DNA of 64,000 bases from Myxococcota bacterium (GTDB taxonomy: Bacteria; Myxococcota_A; UBA9042; PHBI01; JAWLBL01), in assembly GCA_041687695.1 (NCBI GenBank), contig JAWLBL010000031.1:21581-85580 (forward strand), in the 5' to 3' direction. Below the pieces are notes generated by a model. That model had not been told where the DNA came from, ran no database searches, and saw nothing but the letters and a program-made list of their open reading frames with translations. A program made the position numbers and the translations under genes. Below are positions 1 to 9,067 of the stretch, one piece after another (positions within the stretch are counted from its first letter, which is position 1; the number at the start of each line of letters is the position of its first letter).

Positions 1-92
1 CCCCAGCGCGGCGCAGCTTGCTGCGCCGGATGGGCGGCCAAGCCCCGGCGGCAAGCCGCCGGCCTTGGGGCTCCAGCAAGCTGGAGCACTCC
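1..92. repeat. REP/REPIN-like multi-hairpin element (cut by window edge)
   Basis: Three GC-AA/TT-GC hairpins (GGCGCAGC-TT-GCTGCGCC, CCGGCGGC-AA-GCCGCCGG, GCTCCAGC-AA-GCTGGAGC) ending in ACTCC; close to the reverse complement of 61693-61784. Confidence 0.8.
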
Positions 93-112
93 GGTCGAGT
101 TGCCGGGCTCGC

Positions 113-1402
113 TCACGCCATCGCCTCCAGCGCCTCGCGCGGCGCCCCGGCCGAGGGGGCGTCCTCGCCGGCCCCGACGCCCGTCTGCCCGGTCACCGCG
201 GCGGTGATGAGGGCCTGGCGGTACTCTTGGAGGCGGTCGAGCTGGGTTTGCACCGATTGGCTGACCCGGTCGGCCGCTGTCATCTGTGCGGCCACACGCG
301 AGACGATCCGCTCTTGGTCGACCACGCACGGCAGGGGGATGCGATAGGAGAGGATCTGGTCACCACTGATGTGGGGGACACTCACTCCGGTAGTGTCGGG
401 TTCGAGGTGGGCTTGGAAGCGCGCCCACTCGAGTGTGAGACGTAAGAACCCGGTCAGCAGACGATCGCCGGGTCGCAAGCGGGCCACCCGTTGAAGCAAC
501 AGGCTGGGACAGTCCTCCTGAGTTACCTCTGCAAGTCGAAGCCCCTCTTTGATCCAGGGACGGTCCATTCCGAGGACGAGATCACCCGGCTGCAGCCAGA
601 ACCGGTCCAGTCCGAGCGTACGACTCGCAGGCCAGTACACGGTCTCATTCCAGCGCAGACAGCCTGGCGCAACGTTGATCCCACGCACTAGCCGGATGTC
701 CGATTCGTCGTGCGAGAAGAGCTGACTGGAGAAGGCGTATCCAGGCAGTAGCTCCGCCACATAGGCAAGCTTCACACGCGGGGCGTCAAGCTTTTCGAGT
801 GCATCCGCGATGAGGGCGGAGCGCTTCTCGGCCAGCAGGTCCAGCAGCTTGCGCTTGTTGGCGATCAGGGCGTCGATGGCGGCGGTCTTGCGGTCGAGGT
901 AGTCGGCGATGGCGCGCTGCGTAGCGACGGGCGGGACCGGCAACAGGACTTCTTGAAGACGCGGAAATCTGAACCGCGGTGCACGTTCACGTACTGAAGG
1001 GCAAATGACATAGATGTAACCGCGGACGGCCATCTCTCGAAGGACGTGGGCGAAGTAGCGGTTCTCGTGCTCCTGACTCAGCGGGTTGCAGACTACATAC
1101 TCGCCAGTGCACTTGCCGTCGGAATCCGAAATCCCGATGGCTCCAGCGAATGCATCCATCCCATGGACGACCAAGTCGCCACGTCGGACGCCTTGGTAGC
1201 CTGTCTCCTTCTCAGCCATCATGAAGCCGTCGGTCCGTCGATTGTCTCTAAGCGTGACCTCGCCGTCACGAAATGCCGTGACTACGCCTTCATCACCTCG
1301 GGGCGGGCGCGCCTCTTGCCGAAAAATGAACCGACCTCGCTTGATGGACCAGTTGAGAGGGATGTGTCCCAACCAAGGTAGCGCATGTGAGGGGTTGCTC
1401 AC
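113..1402 (-). CDS. hsdS: Type I restriction-modification specificity subunit
   Basis: N-term PWLGHIPLNW; PVPPVATQRAIADYLDRKTAAIDALI central repeat; C-term LQEYRQALITAAVTGQ; GTGA overlap with hsdM stop. Confidence 0.93.
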   Translation of the reverse strand: MSNPSHALPWLGHIPLNWSIKRGRFIFRQEARPPRGDEGVVTAFRDGEVTLRDNRRTDGFMMAEKETGYQGVRRGDLVVHGMDAFAGAIGISDSDGKCTGEYVVCNPLSQEHENRYFAHVLREMAVRGYIYVICPSVRERAPRFRFPRLQEVLLPVPPVATQRAIADYLDRKTAAIDALIANKRKLLDLLAEKRSALIADALEKLDAPRVKLAYVAELLPGYAFSSQLFSHDESDIRLVRGINVAPGCLRWNETVYWPASRTLGLDRFWLQPGDLVLGMDRPWIKEGLRLAEVTQEDCPSLLLQRVARLRPGDRLLTGFLRLTLEWARFQAHLEPDTTGVSVPHISGDQILSYRIPLPCVVDQERIVSRVAAQMTAADRVSQSVQTQLDRLQEYRQALITAAVTGQTGVGAGEDAPSAGAPREALEAMA

Positions 1403-3420
1403 GCCAGCACCTCCTCGAGCATCCCTTGGATCTGGGACTCGAGGTCGCGGATCTCCTGCTCGATGACCTCCAGCGGGCGGGGGGGCTGGTAGACGTAGAA
1501 GTGGCGGGTGAAGGGGACTTCAAAGCCGACCTTGGTCTTGGACTCGTCGATCCAGGCGTCGGGGACGTGGGGCAGGACCTCGCGGGCCAGGTAGGCATGG
1601 ATGTCCTCTTTGAGGGGGACGTTCTCGTAGTCGCGCAGATCGGGGTCGGGCTCGGGGTGGCCGTTCTTGTCGCGGCAGACCTCGGCCGAGTCGTCGCGCT
1701 CGGACAGGGCGGTCAGGATCGCCTTGTGGAGGGGGGCGGCGAGCTTGAGGCCCGCGGCCTTGGCGGCGGCCTTGAGCGCCTTTTCGAAGGCGGGGCGGGA
1801 GGAGTAGAGCTTGGAGCCGTCGATGCGCTGCAGCATGGCCAGCAGGTCGGCCTGCAGTTGCTGGCCGGCGGCGATCTCGGCTTGGGCGGCCTCGCCCTTC
1901 TTGCGGCTGGAGGCCAGGTTCTGGAAGGCGCTCTGCTCATGCAGGCGGGCGATACGGTCCGGGCTGGCCTGGAAGTTGAGCTTCAGCGGGCGCTCGACCG
2001 TGACGCGGTGAAAGCCGAAGTCGGCGTTGTCGAAGATTTTGACGATGGGACCGGGCTCGAAGCTGGCGTACTGGCACGTCAGCTCTCGGATGTCGCGGTC
2101 GGCCAGCTCCTTGCGTTTGTCGCCCAAGGACTTGCGCATCTTCTTATAGTACTCGACGCCGTTGATCAGCTGGACCTTGCCCTTGCGGTGCGGCGCCTTG
2201 CGGTTGGTCACCAGCCAGACGTAGGTCGAGATGCCGGTGTTGTAGAAGAGCTGGTCCGGCAGGGCGACGATGGCCTCGAGCAGATCGTTCTCCAGCAAGT
2301 AGCGGCGGATCTCGCTCTCGCCCGACCCGGCGGCGCCGGTGAACAGCGGCGAGCCGTTGAAGACGATGGCCAGGCGGCTGCCGCCCTCGCCGGTTGGGCT
2401 GACGGGCTTCATCTTGCTGAGCATGTGCAAGAGGAACAGCAGCGAGCCGTCGTTCTTGCGCGGCAGCCCCGGGCCGAAGCGGCCGCCGTGGCCGCGCTGG
2501 GTGTGCTCGTCGCGGATCTTCTTCTCGGCCTTGGACCAGTCGACGCCGAAGGGCGGGTTCGAGATGAGGTAGTCGGCCGACAGCTCGGGCAGGCCGTCCT
2601 CGGTGAAGGAGTTGCCGTACTTGATGTTGTCGGCCTCCTGGCCCTTGATGAGCATGTCCGCCTTGCAGATGGCGTAGCTCTCGGCGTTCAGCTCCTGCCC
2701 GAAGACCTTCAGGCGCGCCGCCGGGTTCAGGTTGGCCAGGTGCTCCTCGGCGACCGACAGCATGCCGCCCGTGCCGCAGGCCGGGTCGTACATGGTGCGG
2801 ACCACGCCCGGGCGGGTCAGGCCGGCGTCGTCCTCGGCGAACAGCAGGTTCACCATCAGCCGGATGACCTCGCGCGGGGTGAAGTGCTCACCGGCCGTCT
2901 CGTTGGACTGCTCGGAGAACTTGCGAATCAGCTCCTCGAAGACGTAGCCCATCTCGTGGTTGGCCACGCGGTCGGGATGCAGGTCCACCTCGACGAACTT
3001 GCGGGCCACCAGGAAGAGCAGGTTCGCGGCGTCCAGGCGCGCCACCTGCTCGTCGAAGCGGAACTTGTCCATGATGTCGCGCACGTTGGGCGAAAAGCCG
3101 TGCACGAAGGCGCTGAGGTTCGCCGCGATGTGGGCCGGGTCGTCGCCGAGCCTTTCGAAGTCCAGCCGACTGACGTTGTAGAAGGTCTGGCCGGCCGCAT
3201 CCCGCAGCATCTTCTCGCGCAGGGCGGCGGGGGTCTTGTCGGCGGGGAACTTGGCGTCCGCGGTCAGCACGGCGGCCCGGGTCGGCGCCAGCACCTGGTC
3301 CAGGCGCCGCAGGACCAGGAACGGCAGGATGACCCGGCCGTACTCGCTCTGCTTGTAGTCGCCGCGCAAAAGATCCGCGACCGACCAGATGAAGCTGACC
3401 TTTTCCGAGAAGTTCTGCAT
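1399..3420 (-). CDS. hsdM: Type I restriction-modification N6-adenine methyltransferase subunit
   Basis: FIWSVADLLRGDYK N-term, GEHFTPREVI, YDPACGTGGML (motif I), NPPF (motif IV); start reset to ATG at 3420. Confidence 0.96.
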   Translation of the reverse strand: MQNFSEKVSFIWSVADLLRGDYKQSEYGRVILPFLVLRRLDQVLAPTRAAVLTADAKFPADKTPAALREKMLRDAAGQTFYNVSRLDFERLGDDPAHIAANLSAFVHGFSPNVRDIMDKFRFDEQVARLDAANLLFLVARKFVEVDLHPDRVANHEMGYVFEELIRKFSEQSNETAGEHFTPREVIRLMVNLLFAEDDAGLTRPGVVRTMYDPACGTGGMLSVAEEHLANLNPAARLKVFGQELNAESYAICKADMLIKGQEADNIKYGNSFTEDGLPELSADYLISNPPFGVDWSKAEKKIRDEHTQRGHGGRFGPGLPRKNDGSLLFLLHMLSKMKPVSPTGEGGSRLAIVFNGSPLFTGAAGSGESEIRRYLLENDLLEAIVALPDQLFYNTGISTYVWLVTNRKAPHRKGKVQLINGVEYYKKMRKSLGDKRKELADRDIRELTCQYASFEPGPIVKIFDNADFGFHRVTVERPLKLNFQASPDRIARLHEQSAFQNLASSRKKGEAAQAEIAAGQQLQADLLAMLQRIDGSKLYSSRPAFEKALKAAAKAAGLKLAAPLHKAILTALSERDDSAEVCRDKNGHPEPDPDLRDYENVPLKEDIHAYLAREVLPHVPDAWIDESKTKVGFEVPFTRHFYVYQPPRPLEVIEQEIRDLESQIQGMLEEVLA

Positions 3421-3598
3421 GCTTTCCCGTCTCTCCCCGTCGTCTTCGCCCGCCCACCGGCCGGCCTCGTCGCGGCCGCAGCCTAATCGCCCAGGCCGAT
3501 GTTGGGCAACGGGCCATGGCCAGGGCGCCCGCCTTCCGACATGCGCGGCCGGTGCCGAGGGTTGAAGGGACGGCAGGAATCCGTCTATGGCTTGGAGC

Positions 3599-4480
3599 AT
3601 GAAAGCGACGCTGACCCAGAGGATGGAAGTGGGCCTGGAGCTCGACCTCGGCCTCGGACGCCTGTTCGAGGTGGTGGCGAGGTTCGTCCGCGGCCAGACG
3701 CTGACGGGCGCCGAGCGCAAGCTGGTCTCGGTCTTCGAGCAGGACGGGGCGGCGCTCGGGGCCCGGCTGCTCGAGAGCGAGGACCAGGCGGACCTGTCGA
3801 AGCGCATCGACTCGGCCGTCCGGTGTCCCGAAGTGCACGGGACCGTGCAACAGCTTCTGAGTGCGTTCATAGCGGCCGTGCCCGGCGACGGCCTGCGGCG
3901 TACCATGACGGCCGCGTACAGCCCGGACTTCGTTGGCGGCCTACAGGCGATCGTCGGCGAGCGTTTCCACCGCGAGGCGGACGAGATCGCGCGCCTCATG
4001 GCGGTCTACCTGCGACTCGCCGCCCCGGCGCTCGCGCAGAGCGCACCACAGCCCGAGACCCTCGAATCCGAGTTGCGGCAGCTCGCCGAGCAACTCGACG
4101 ACCCCGACCTGCCGAAGCCATTGAAGGATGCGGGGACTGCACATCTCCGGGTGCTGCTCGTGCAGTTCGCCTTGATCCAGCGAGCGCTCGGACAGCACGT
4201 CGACCCGTGGCTCACGCGGGCGCTGGTCTGCGAGCTGCGCGATGCGGTGAGGACCTCTCTGGCCCTGCTGGTTGCGACCACCGGCGGCGAGGTGTCCGAG
4301 GACCTGCTCGCGCCGTCCCAGCGTCTGGACCTGGAGGCCCTCGAGTTGGAGTACCGGCGCAACCGCACGCAACGTGCGCTCCGGCTCGTCCAGCAGTGGC
4401 AGCACGAGGCGGACGAAGAGGACGAGTGGGTCCGGGATCAGCTCGAGGCCGACGCCGCCGACCTGCCGATGCGCCTTTAG
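3599..4480 (+). CDS. Hypothetical helical protein; C-terminus resembles small antitoxins that precede PIN toxins
   Basis: 293-aa ORF with GGAG before ATG 3599; ends RNRTQRALRLVQQWQHEADEEDEWVRDQLEADAADLPMRL. Confidence 0.65.
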   Translation: MKATLTQRMEVGLELDLGLGRLFEVVARFVRGQTLTGAERKLVSVFEQDGAALGARLLESEDQADLSKRIDSAVRCPEVHGTVQQLLSAFIAAVPGDGLRRTMTAAYSPDFVGGLQAIVGERFHREADEIARLMAVYLRLAAPALAQSAPQPETLESELRQLAEQLDDPDLPKPLKDAGTAHLRVLLVQFALIQRALGQHVDPWLTRALVCELRDAVRTSLALLVATTGGEVSEDLLAPSQRLDLEALELEYRRNRTQRALRLVQQWQHEADEEDEWVRDQLEADAADLPMRL

Positions 4481-4483
4481 CGA

Positions 4484-4513
4484 ATGAAGCCCGTCCCGGT
4501 ACTGCTCGACACG
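4484..4513 (+). pseudogene. Possible truncated PIN-toxin 5' remnant
   Basis: ATG 3 nt after upstream stop encodes MKPVPVLLDT (PIN beta1-D-T motif), then similarity is lost. Confidence 0.35.
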
Positions 4514-4647
4514 AGGGGACGGAGCCGTAGCGCACGTCGAGCCCGCCGACCTCGGTCGCCCGGACCCGACCTACCGCCGGCCGACACCGAGCGGGACCGT
4601 AGTCGCCGCGGCGAGGGGCGTCAGTCGTGGCGGACGGTCGAGAGCGC

Positions 4648-5565
4648 TCATTTTCCGCTTCGGCTCTTGAGGTCGTTGGCCTGGAGGCGGGCAAGGACGT
4701 GATGGCGGGCGGCGTCGAGGACGGCGCGCTCGGCGTCGGCGTAGGTGGCCTCGGCGGGAAGGCCGTCGAGGATGGGCTCGATGGAGCCGGGCAGGTCGAG
4801 GCGCTTGGCGCGCTTGAGGAGGAAGGAGCGGAGCCGGGCGCGCTCGGGCCGGGGGAAGGCGAGCGTGAGGTCGAAGCGGCGCGCGAGCGCGGGGTCGACC
4901 GCGTCGGGGAAGTTGGTCGTGCCGACGACCAGGCCGGGGATACGCGAGTAGTCCAGCTCTTGCATGAGACCGACGACGACGCGGTCGAGCTCGGCGACGT
5001 CCATGCGGTCGCCGCGCTGGCGGCCGAGGGCGTCGAGCTCGTCGAGGAGGAGCACGCAGGGGGTGCGCTCGGCGAAGCGGAACACCTCATGCAAGCGCGA
5101 CGAGGTCTGGCCCAGCAAGGCCCCGAGAATGCCATCGATTCTGACGACGTAGACCGGCAGACCGAGGGTCGCGCCGAGCGCGCGGGCGGTGAGGCTCTTT
5201 CCGCAGCCGGGCGGGCCGGCGAGCAGGAGTCGTGTCCGTCGGGCGATGTCCAGCTCGGCGAGCTCGTCGGCGTAGCGATACTCGGTGACCACGCCGTCCA
5301 ACGCGGCGCGGAGCTCCGCCGTCAGCTCGACCTCGGCGAGCGTGGTGTCGAGCGTCACCGGGGCCAGCGTCTCGGGTACGGCGGCCATGGGCGTGACCAG
5401 CGTGTGGCCCTGGGCTCGAAGCGCGGTCCGAAGCTGGCGCGCCGCGCTCGCGTGACCGCGTCCCTCGGCCTCCTGGGCGATCTCTTCGGCGACGCGCCTC
5501 GCGCGGTCCACGTCGTTGGACCGTAGGGCGCTGAACAGCCGGCTGAGTTGTCGGGTCGAGGCCAT
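4648..5565 (-). CDS. AAA+ ATPase, IetA-like
   Basis: Walker A GPPGCGKS, Walker B LLLDELDA, TTN...DPALARRFD; short helical N-domain like AAA partners of S8 proteases. Confidence 0.88.
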   Translation of the reverse strand: MASTRQLSRLFSALRSNDVDRARRVAEEIAQEAEGRGHASAARQLRTALRAQGHTLVTPMAAVPETLAPVTLDTTLAEVELTAELRAALDGVVTEYRYADELAELDIARRTRLLLAGPPGCGKSLTARALGATLGLPVYVVRIDGILGALLGQTSSRLHEVFRFAERTPCVLLLDELDALGRQRGDRMDVAELDRVVVGLMQELDYSRIPGLVVGTTNFPDAVDPALARRFDLTLAFPRPERARLRSFLLKRAKRLDLPGSIEPILDGLPAEATYADAERAVLDAARHHVLARLQANDLKSRSGK

Positions 5566-5645
5566 GGTCGCCGTCCCTCCCGGACGCGAGGCGGTTTATA
5601 CGCCAACGCCCCGATCGCGTGAAGGGGCCGCAGTGGCGACCGCTT

Positions 5646-5721
5646 GGAGGGCAAGAGCTGGCACGGTTCCCGGCGCGGCAAGCCGCGCCGCCATGGGGGC
5701 GCGAGCAAGCTCTCGCACTCC
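5646..5721. repeat. Degenerate REP-like element
   Basis: GGAGGGC...CGGCGCGGC-AA-GCCGCGCCG...GCGCGAGC-AA-GCTCTCGC-ACTCC; same pattern as 1-92 and 61693-61806. Confidence 0.7.
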
Positions 5722-5738
5722 TCGGCTCGCGAGTCCGA

Positions 5739-6054
5739 GACCCCTGCCGAGGGGTCTGGGAAGTTCCCGGCGACCTCTCCTGACCCCTGCCGGGGGGTCG
5801 AAGGAGCTCCCGGGATGGTTTCTGACCCCTCCCGAGGGGTCGAAGAAGCTCGCGGCGAGCTCTCCGGACCCCTCTGGTGGGGTCGAAAGAGCTCCCGGGA
5901 TGGTTTCTGACCCCTCCCGAGGGGTCGAAGAAGCTCGCGGCGAGCCCTTCTGACCCCTCGTGGGGGATCGAGAGAGCTCCCGGGATGGTCTCTGACCCCT
6001 CACGAGGGGTCGGGGGGAGCTCCGGGGAGCTTCCTGAACCCCGGCGCGGGGGTC
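5739..6054. repeat. Tandem array of 8 palindromes (GACCCCT-N4-AGGGGTC consensus), alternating 43/42-bp period
   Basis: Units start at 5739, 5782, 5824, 5867, 5909, 5952, 5994, 6037; two alternating linker types. Confidence 0.95.
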
Positions 6055-6214
6055 TCGCGTTGCAACGAGCCGCACGGAGCCGGGTCGGGTGGCCTTGTGC
6101 GAAGCAGGAAGCCTGTGGCAGGCTCGCCAGACCGGTCCAACCCATCGGGCGAACGCGGGCGATGCTTCGGGTGAGGCGTCGTCTGCGGCGCCGTCACTCG
6201 TGAAGGAGAGCGCC

Positions 6215-7078
6215 GTGCCAACGGAGCCTTTGGAGGAAGATGTGGAGATCGTGGGGGAGGACGGGGCCGTCGCGCCTCCGTTCGATCCGGCGAAGGGCAA
6301 ACAGTCGTTCGGGATCGTCGCCCCCCGGGTCGAGGCGGTCGCGCCCGGCGACGTCATCCCCATCACCGTGAACCTGCAGGACGCGGCGCACCGGGGGGTG
6401 TTCCTGGGACGTTGGGTGAACGAGCCTTCGCGTCGCGCCCGGTTCGACAAGCTGCACGCCGATCTCTTCGACCCGGCGGCGCTCGACGGGCTCGAAGACC
6501 TGGGCTGGGCCACCTACTACGCGCAGGTCGAGAGCGCCAAGGCGGCGGCTACGGCCGACACGCGACAGATCCCGGCCGAGCTGGCGTCGGCGGGCTATGC
6601 CCAGGCCCGGCGCATGGGTCGCGCGGCCGACTACTGGCTGAGCGACGAGCCCACGGTCGCGCTCGAGTTGGCGTCGATCCGGCAGGGCCGAGGCCACAAC
6701 GACCTGGCCAGCGATCTGCTGCGCTATGCCGACCTGTTCGAGGACCACGCGGCGCTGCTGTCGGTCGACACCAAGAACGTGCGGCCCGACGACCCGAAGA
6801 CGGCGCGCGAGCTGGCCGACCGCATCCTCGAGGCCATCTCGGACAGCCAACAGCCGACGCAGCGCCAGTGGCGCGAGCGCTCGGCGCGGCTGTGGACGCT
6901 GCTCAAGCGCGACTACGACGAGGTGCTGAAGACGGCCCAGTGGCTGTGGCGCAGCGAGCCGCACGTCACGGCGACGCTGCAGAGCATCCATGTGCCGCTG
7001 CGCCGCCGGGCCAAGGCCAAGGCGACGGCTTCGGCGCCCGAGGTCCAGCCCGCGCCGGCCGAGCCGCAGCCGGTCTGA
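6215..7078 (+). CDS. Hypothetical all-helical protein
   Basis: Host-like codon use; AAGGAG then GTG at 6215; GRGHNDLASDLLRYADLF segment; Ala/Pro tail. Confidence 0.75.
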   Translation: MPTEPLEEDVEIVGEDGAVAPPFDPAKGKQSFGIVAPRVEAVAPGDVIPITVNLQDAAHRGVFLGRWVNEPSRRARFDKLHADLFDPAALDGLEDLGWATYYAQVESAKAAATADTRQIPAELASAGYAQARRMGRAADYWLSDEPTVALELASIRQGRGHNDLASDLLRYADLFEDHAALLSVDTKNVRPDDPKTARELADRILEAISDSQQPTQRQWRERSARLWTLLKRDYDEVLKTAQWLWRSEPHVTATLQSIHVPLRRRAKAKATASAPEVQPAPAEPQPV

Positions 7079-7146
7079 GCCTGTCAGGGACTCGTCCCGC
7101 GCGCCCGTCCTCGGACCGGCGGCCGGCGCGCGGGGGGGCCTCAGCC

Positions 7147-7551
7147 TCAGGACGGCGCTGTCAGCGCGGGCTGGAGGTCGGTCTGCGAGAAGTCGTCGCC
7201 CTTGAAGAGCAAAGGCAGGCCGGTGGCTTTGGCCAGGGCGTATGAGAAGCAGTCGCCGAAGTTCAGGCGTGCGGGGTGACGGCCGCGGCCATAGCGCAGG
7301 AACGCTTCGCGGGCGAGCTGGGCGTGTGCGACCGTCACCGGGACCGTCTCGACCTCGGCGCCGCGCAGCAGCTCGTCGAGCTCGACGCCGCCAGGCTCGC
7401 CGTAGCGGACGGTGACGACGAGGCCGGGTTCGACGACGGTCGCGGCCGAGATGAGGCAGCCGCTGGCGCGTTCGATGGCGAGCGCGAAGGAGCCAGCCTC
7501 GGGCTCTTGCGCCAGGATGGCGATGACAGCCGAGGTGTCGAGGACGATCAC
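7147..7551 (-). CDS. vapC: VapC PIN-domain toxin
   Basis: [12 protein letters not shown]...[13 protein letters not shown]...LLFKGDDF. Confidence 0.95.
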   Translation of the reverse strand: MIVLDTSAVIAILAQEPEAGSFALAIERASGCLISAATVVEPGLVVTVRYGEPGGVELDELLRGAEVETVPVTVAHAQLAREAFLRYGRGRHPARLNFGDCFSYALAKATGLPLLFKGDDFSQTDLQPALTAPS

Positions 7552-7802
7552 GAAGGCAGACCGTGCTCGTCGTAGCCGAGGACCTCGTCGGGTGAGCGGT
7601 CGTCGAGGACGGGCAGCGCTGCGCAGCGCCGGCCGATCTCCATCAGCCGTTCGGACAGGGGACGCGCGTCTCGCTGGGCGCGCTTGCGCTCCAGCCGCTC
7701 ACGGAGCGAGGAGACGACCGCCTCGGTCAGGGTCTCACCCGTCAACTCGGCCAGCTCCCGCGCCAGCCGGTCGGCCTCGTCGTTCTTGATGCTCAGCGCC
7801 AT
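7548..7802 (-). CDS. vapB: VapB antitoxin (Rv0623-like)
   Basis: [29 protein letters not shown]...LGYDEHGLP; 4-nt overlap with vapC. Confidence 0.93.
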   Translation of the reverse strand: MALSIKNDEADRLARELAELTGETLTEAVVSSLRERLERKRAQRDARPLSERLMEIGRRCAALPVLDDRSPDEVLGYDEHGLPS

Positions 7803-7810
7803 CGAAGGCC

Positions 7811-7846
7811 CCCGGTCTAGAACTCGCATTGGAGTCTAGACACCGG
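7811..7846. promoter_or_regulatory. Putative vapBC operator (imperfect inverted repeat, two TCTAGA)
   Basis: CCCGGTCTAGAACTC-gcattg-GAGTCTAGACACCGGG directly upstream of vapB. Confidence 0.6.
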
Positions 7847-7902
7847 GCGCGTCGAGGTCCAGGCGTGGGCGATCGGCCGGCGCGCGGGGGCGAGCGGGAC
7901 GG

Positions 7903-8766
7903 CTATTCGAGGCAGCGGGCCTCGGAGACGTGCAGGGACCAGCCGCGGTACATGGCCGGGCCGCGGGGGGCCTCGACGGAGCCGAGGGTGCCGGTCAGGG
8001 TCATGGGGCCGGCGCAGTTCAGGAGGGTGGGGGTCAGGACGATGAGCTGCACCGTGCCCACGTCGGCGTACATCTGGTGCATGGTCGGGACCGGGGCGCT
8101 GGGGGGCGGGACCATGAGCGGGTGGTTGGTGACGCGCTCGGGCGGGGTGAGGCGGGCCTGGACGGTGACGGAGCGGCCGTCGCAGGCGGCCCAGGTGCTG
8201 GGGTCGTCGGCATCGAAGGCGCAGGGGGCGGGGAAGCAGGGCTGCCACTTTCGAGCCTGTTGGGCGGCCTCGGTGACCCAGGCGGGCGGCAAGGCAGCGA
8301 AGGGGCCGGCGGCGGGATCGGCGTCGGGCTGCCAGGGGACCTGCGGGTCGAGCAGGCTGGCGGTCAGCGCCTCGGGGAAGAAGGCCTTGGCGGCGGGGTC
8401 ACCGCGGTGGGCGGCGACGGCGAGCCAGGTCAGGGCCTCGACGTAGCGGGCGCGGTCCCTGGGGGTGGGCGCCGCGCCCTGGAAGGCCAGCGAGAAGGAC
8501 AGCTTGCCCAGCTCGGCCTGCGCCTCGAGCGAGCCGGCGGCGGCGGCCTTGCGGAGGGCGGCGAGGGCCTTCTTCATGGGTGCGGCGCGGTAGTGCTCGC
8601 CGTCGCGGGCTGCGTCGACCAGGCGCCTGGCCTCGGCGTGGGCGGCGGCGGCGTCCTTGGCCTTGGGCTCGGGGCAGCGCAGGGGCTGCCGGGCCTGGGC
8701 GGCGCCCGTCAGGAGCGTCGTGGACAGGACGCCGGCGAGCAGCAGGTGGGACAGGAGCCGCTTCAT
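7903..8766 (-). CDS. Secreted protein with Sel1-like repeat segment
   Basis: Signal peptide MKRLLSHLLLAGVL..AQA; ALAALRKAAAAGSLEAQAELG / ALTWLAVAAHRGDPAA. Confidence 0.7.
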   Translation of the reverse strand: MKRLLSHLLLAGVLSTTLLTGAAQARQPLRCPEPKAKDAAAAHAEARRLVDAARDGEHYRAAPMKKALAALRKAAAAGSLEAQAELGKLSFSLAFQGAAPTPRDRARYVEALTWLAVAAHRGDPAAKAFFPEALTASLLDPQVPWQPDADPAAGPFAALPPAWVTEAAQQARKWQPCFPAPCAFDADDPSTWAACDGRSVTVQARLTPPERVTNHPLMVPPPSAPVPTMHQMYADVGTVQLIVLTPTLLNCAGPMTLTGTLGSVEAPRGPAMYRGWSLHVSEARCLE

Positions 8767-9067
8767 GGAGACCTCTGGGGGGATAGGCGACAGCTTTGCT
8801 CTCGGGAGACGGCCGCAACGTAGCAAGGAACGCGGGCGGTCGTCACTCGGCGCCGCTGAACCCAAGGCCTGCTAGACCTCGCAGGAAAAGCGAGGCGCGC
8901 TACGGCGTGAGGCCTGGCCCCCGCGGCGGTTGACGGTCGTCGACGGACCCTGCAAGCTGACGATCTCGATTCGTGAACGAGGCCTTGCGATGGGGCGAGG
9001 CTCCCAGCAGCCCTCACTGCAGCGCACCAACCAGGCGGGGCGCCGGCGGGGTCTGGCGAGGTGCATC

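Noticed and set aside
1387..3486. 699-aa plus-strand ORF and similar long shadow ORFs (e.g. 13985-17266, 14910-19037, 35404-38295, 40165-44859, 49073-51748)
   Set aside because: Antisense or off-frame products of high-GC genes; R/G/P-rich with no motifs
3421..3999. 193-aa N-terminal extension of HsdM in the ORF track
   Set aside because: HsdM similarity starts at MQNFSEK (3420); the extension is antisense to the 3599-4480 gene
5739..6054. CRISPR array
   Set aside because: Linkers are two recurring types rather than unique spacers, repeats are only 18 bp, and no cas genes are present
5087..6513. ORFs reading through the palindrome array
   Set aside because: The 85-bp unit shifts frame and the translations are low-complexity
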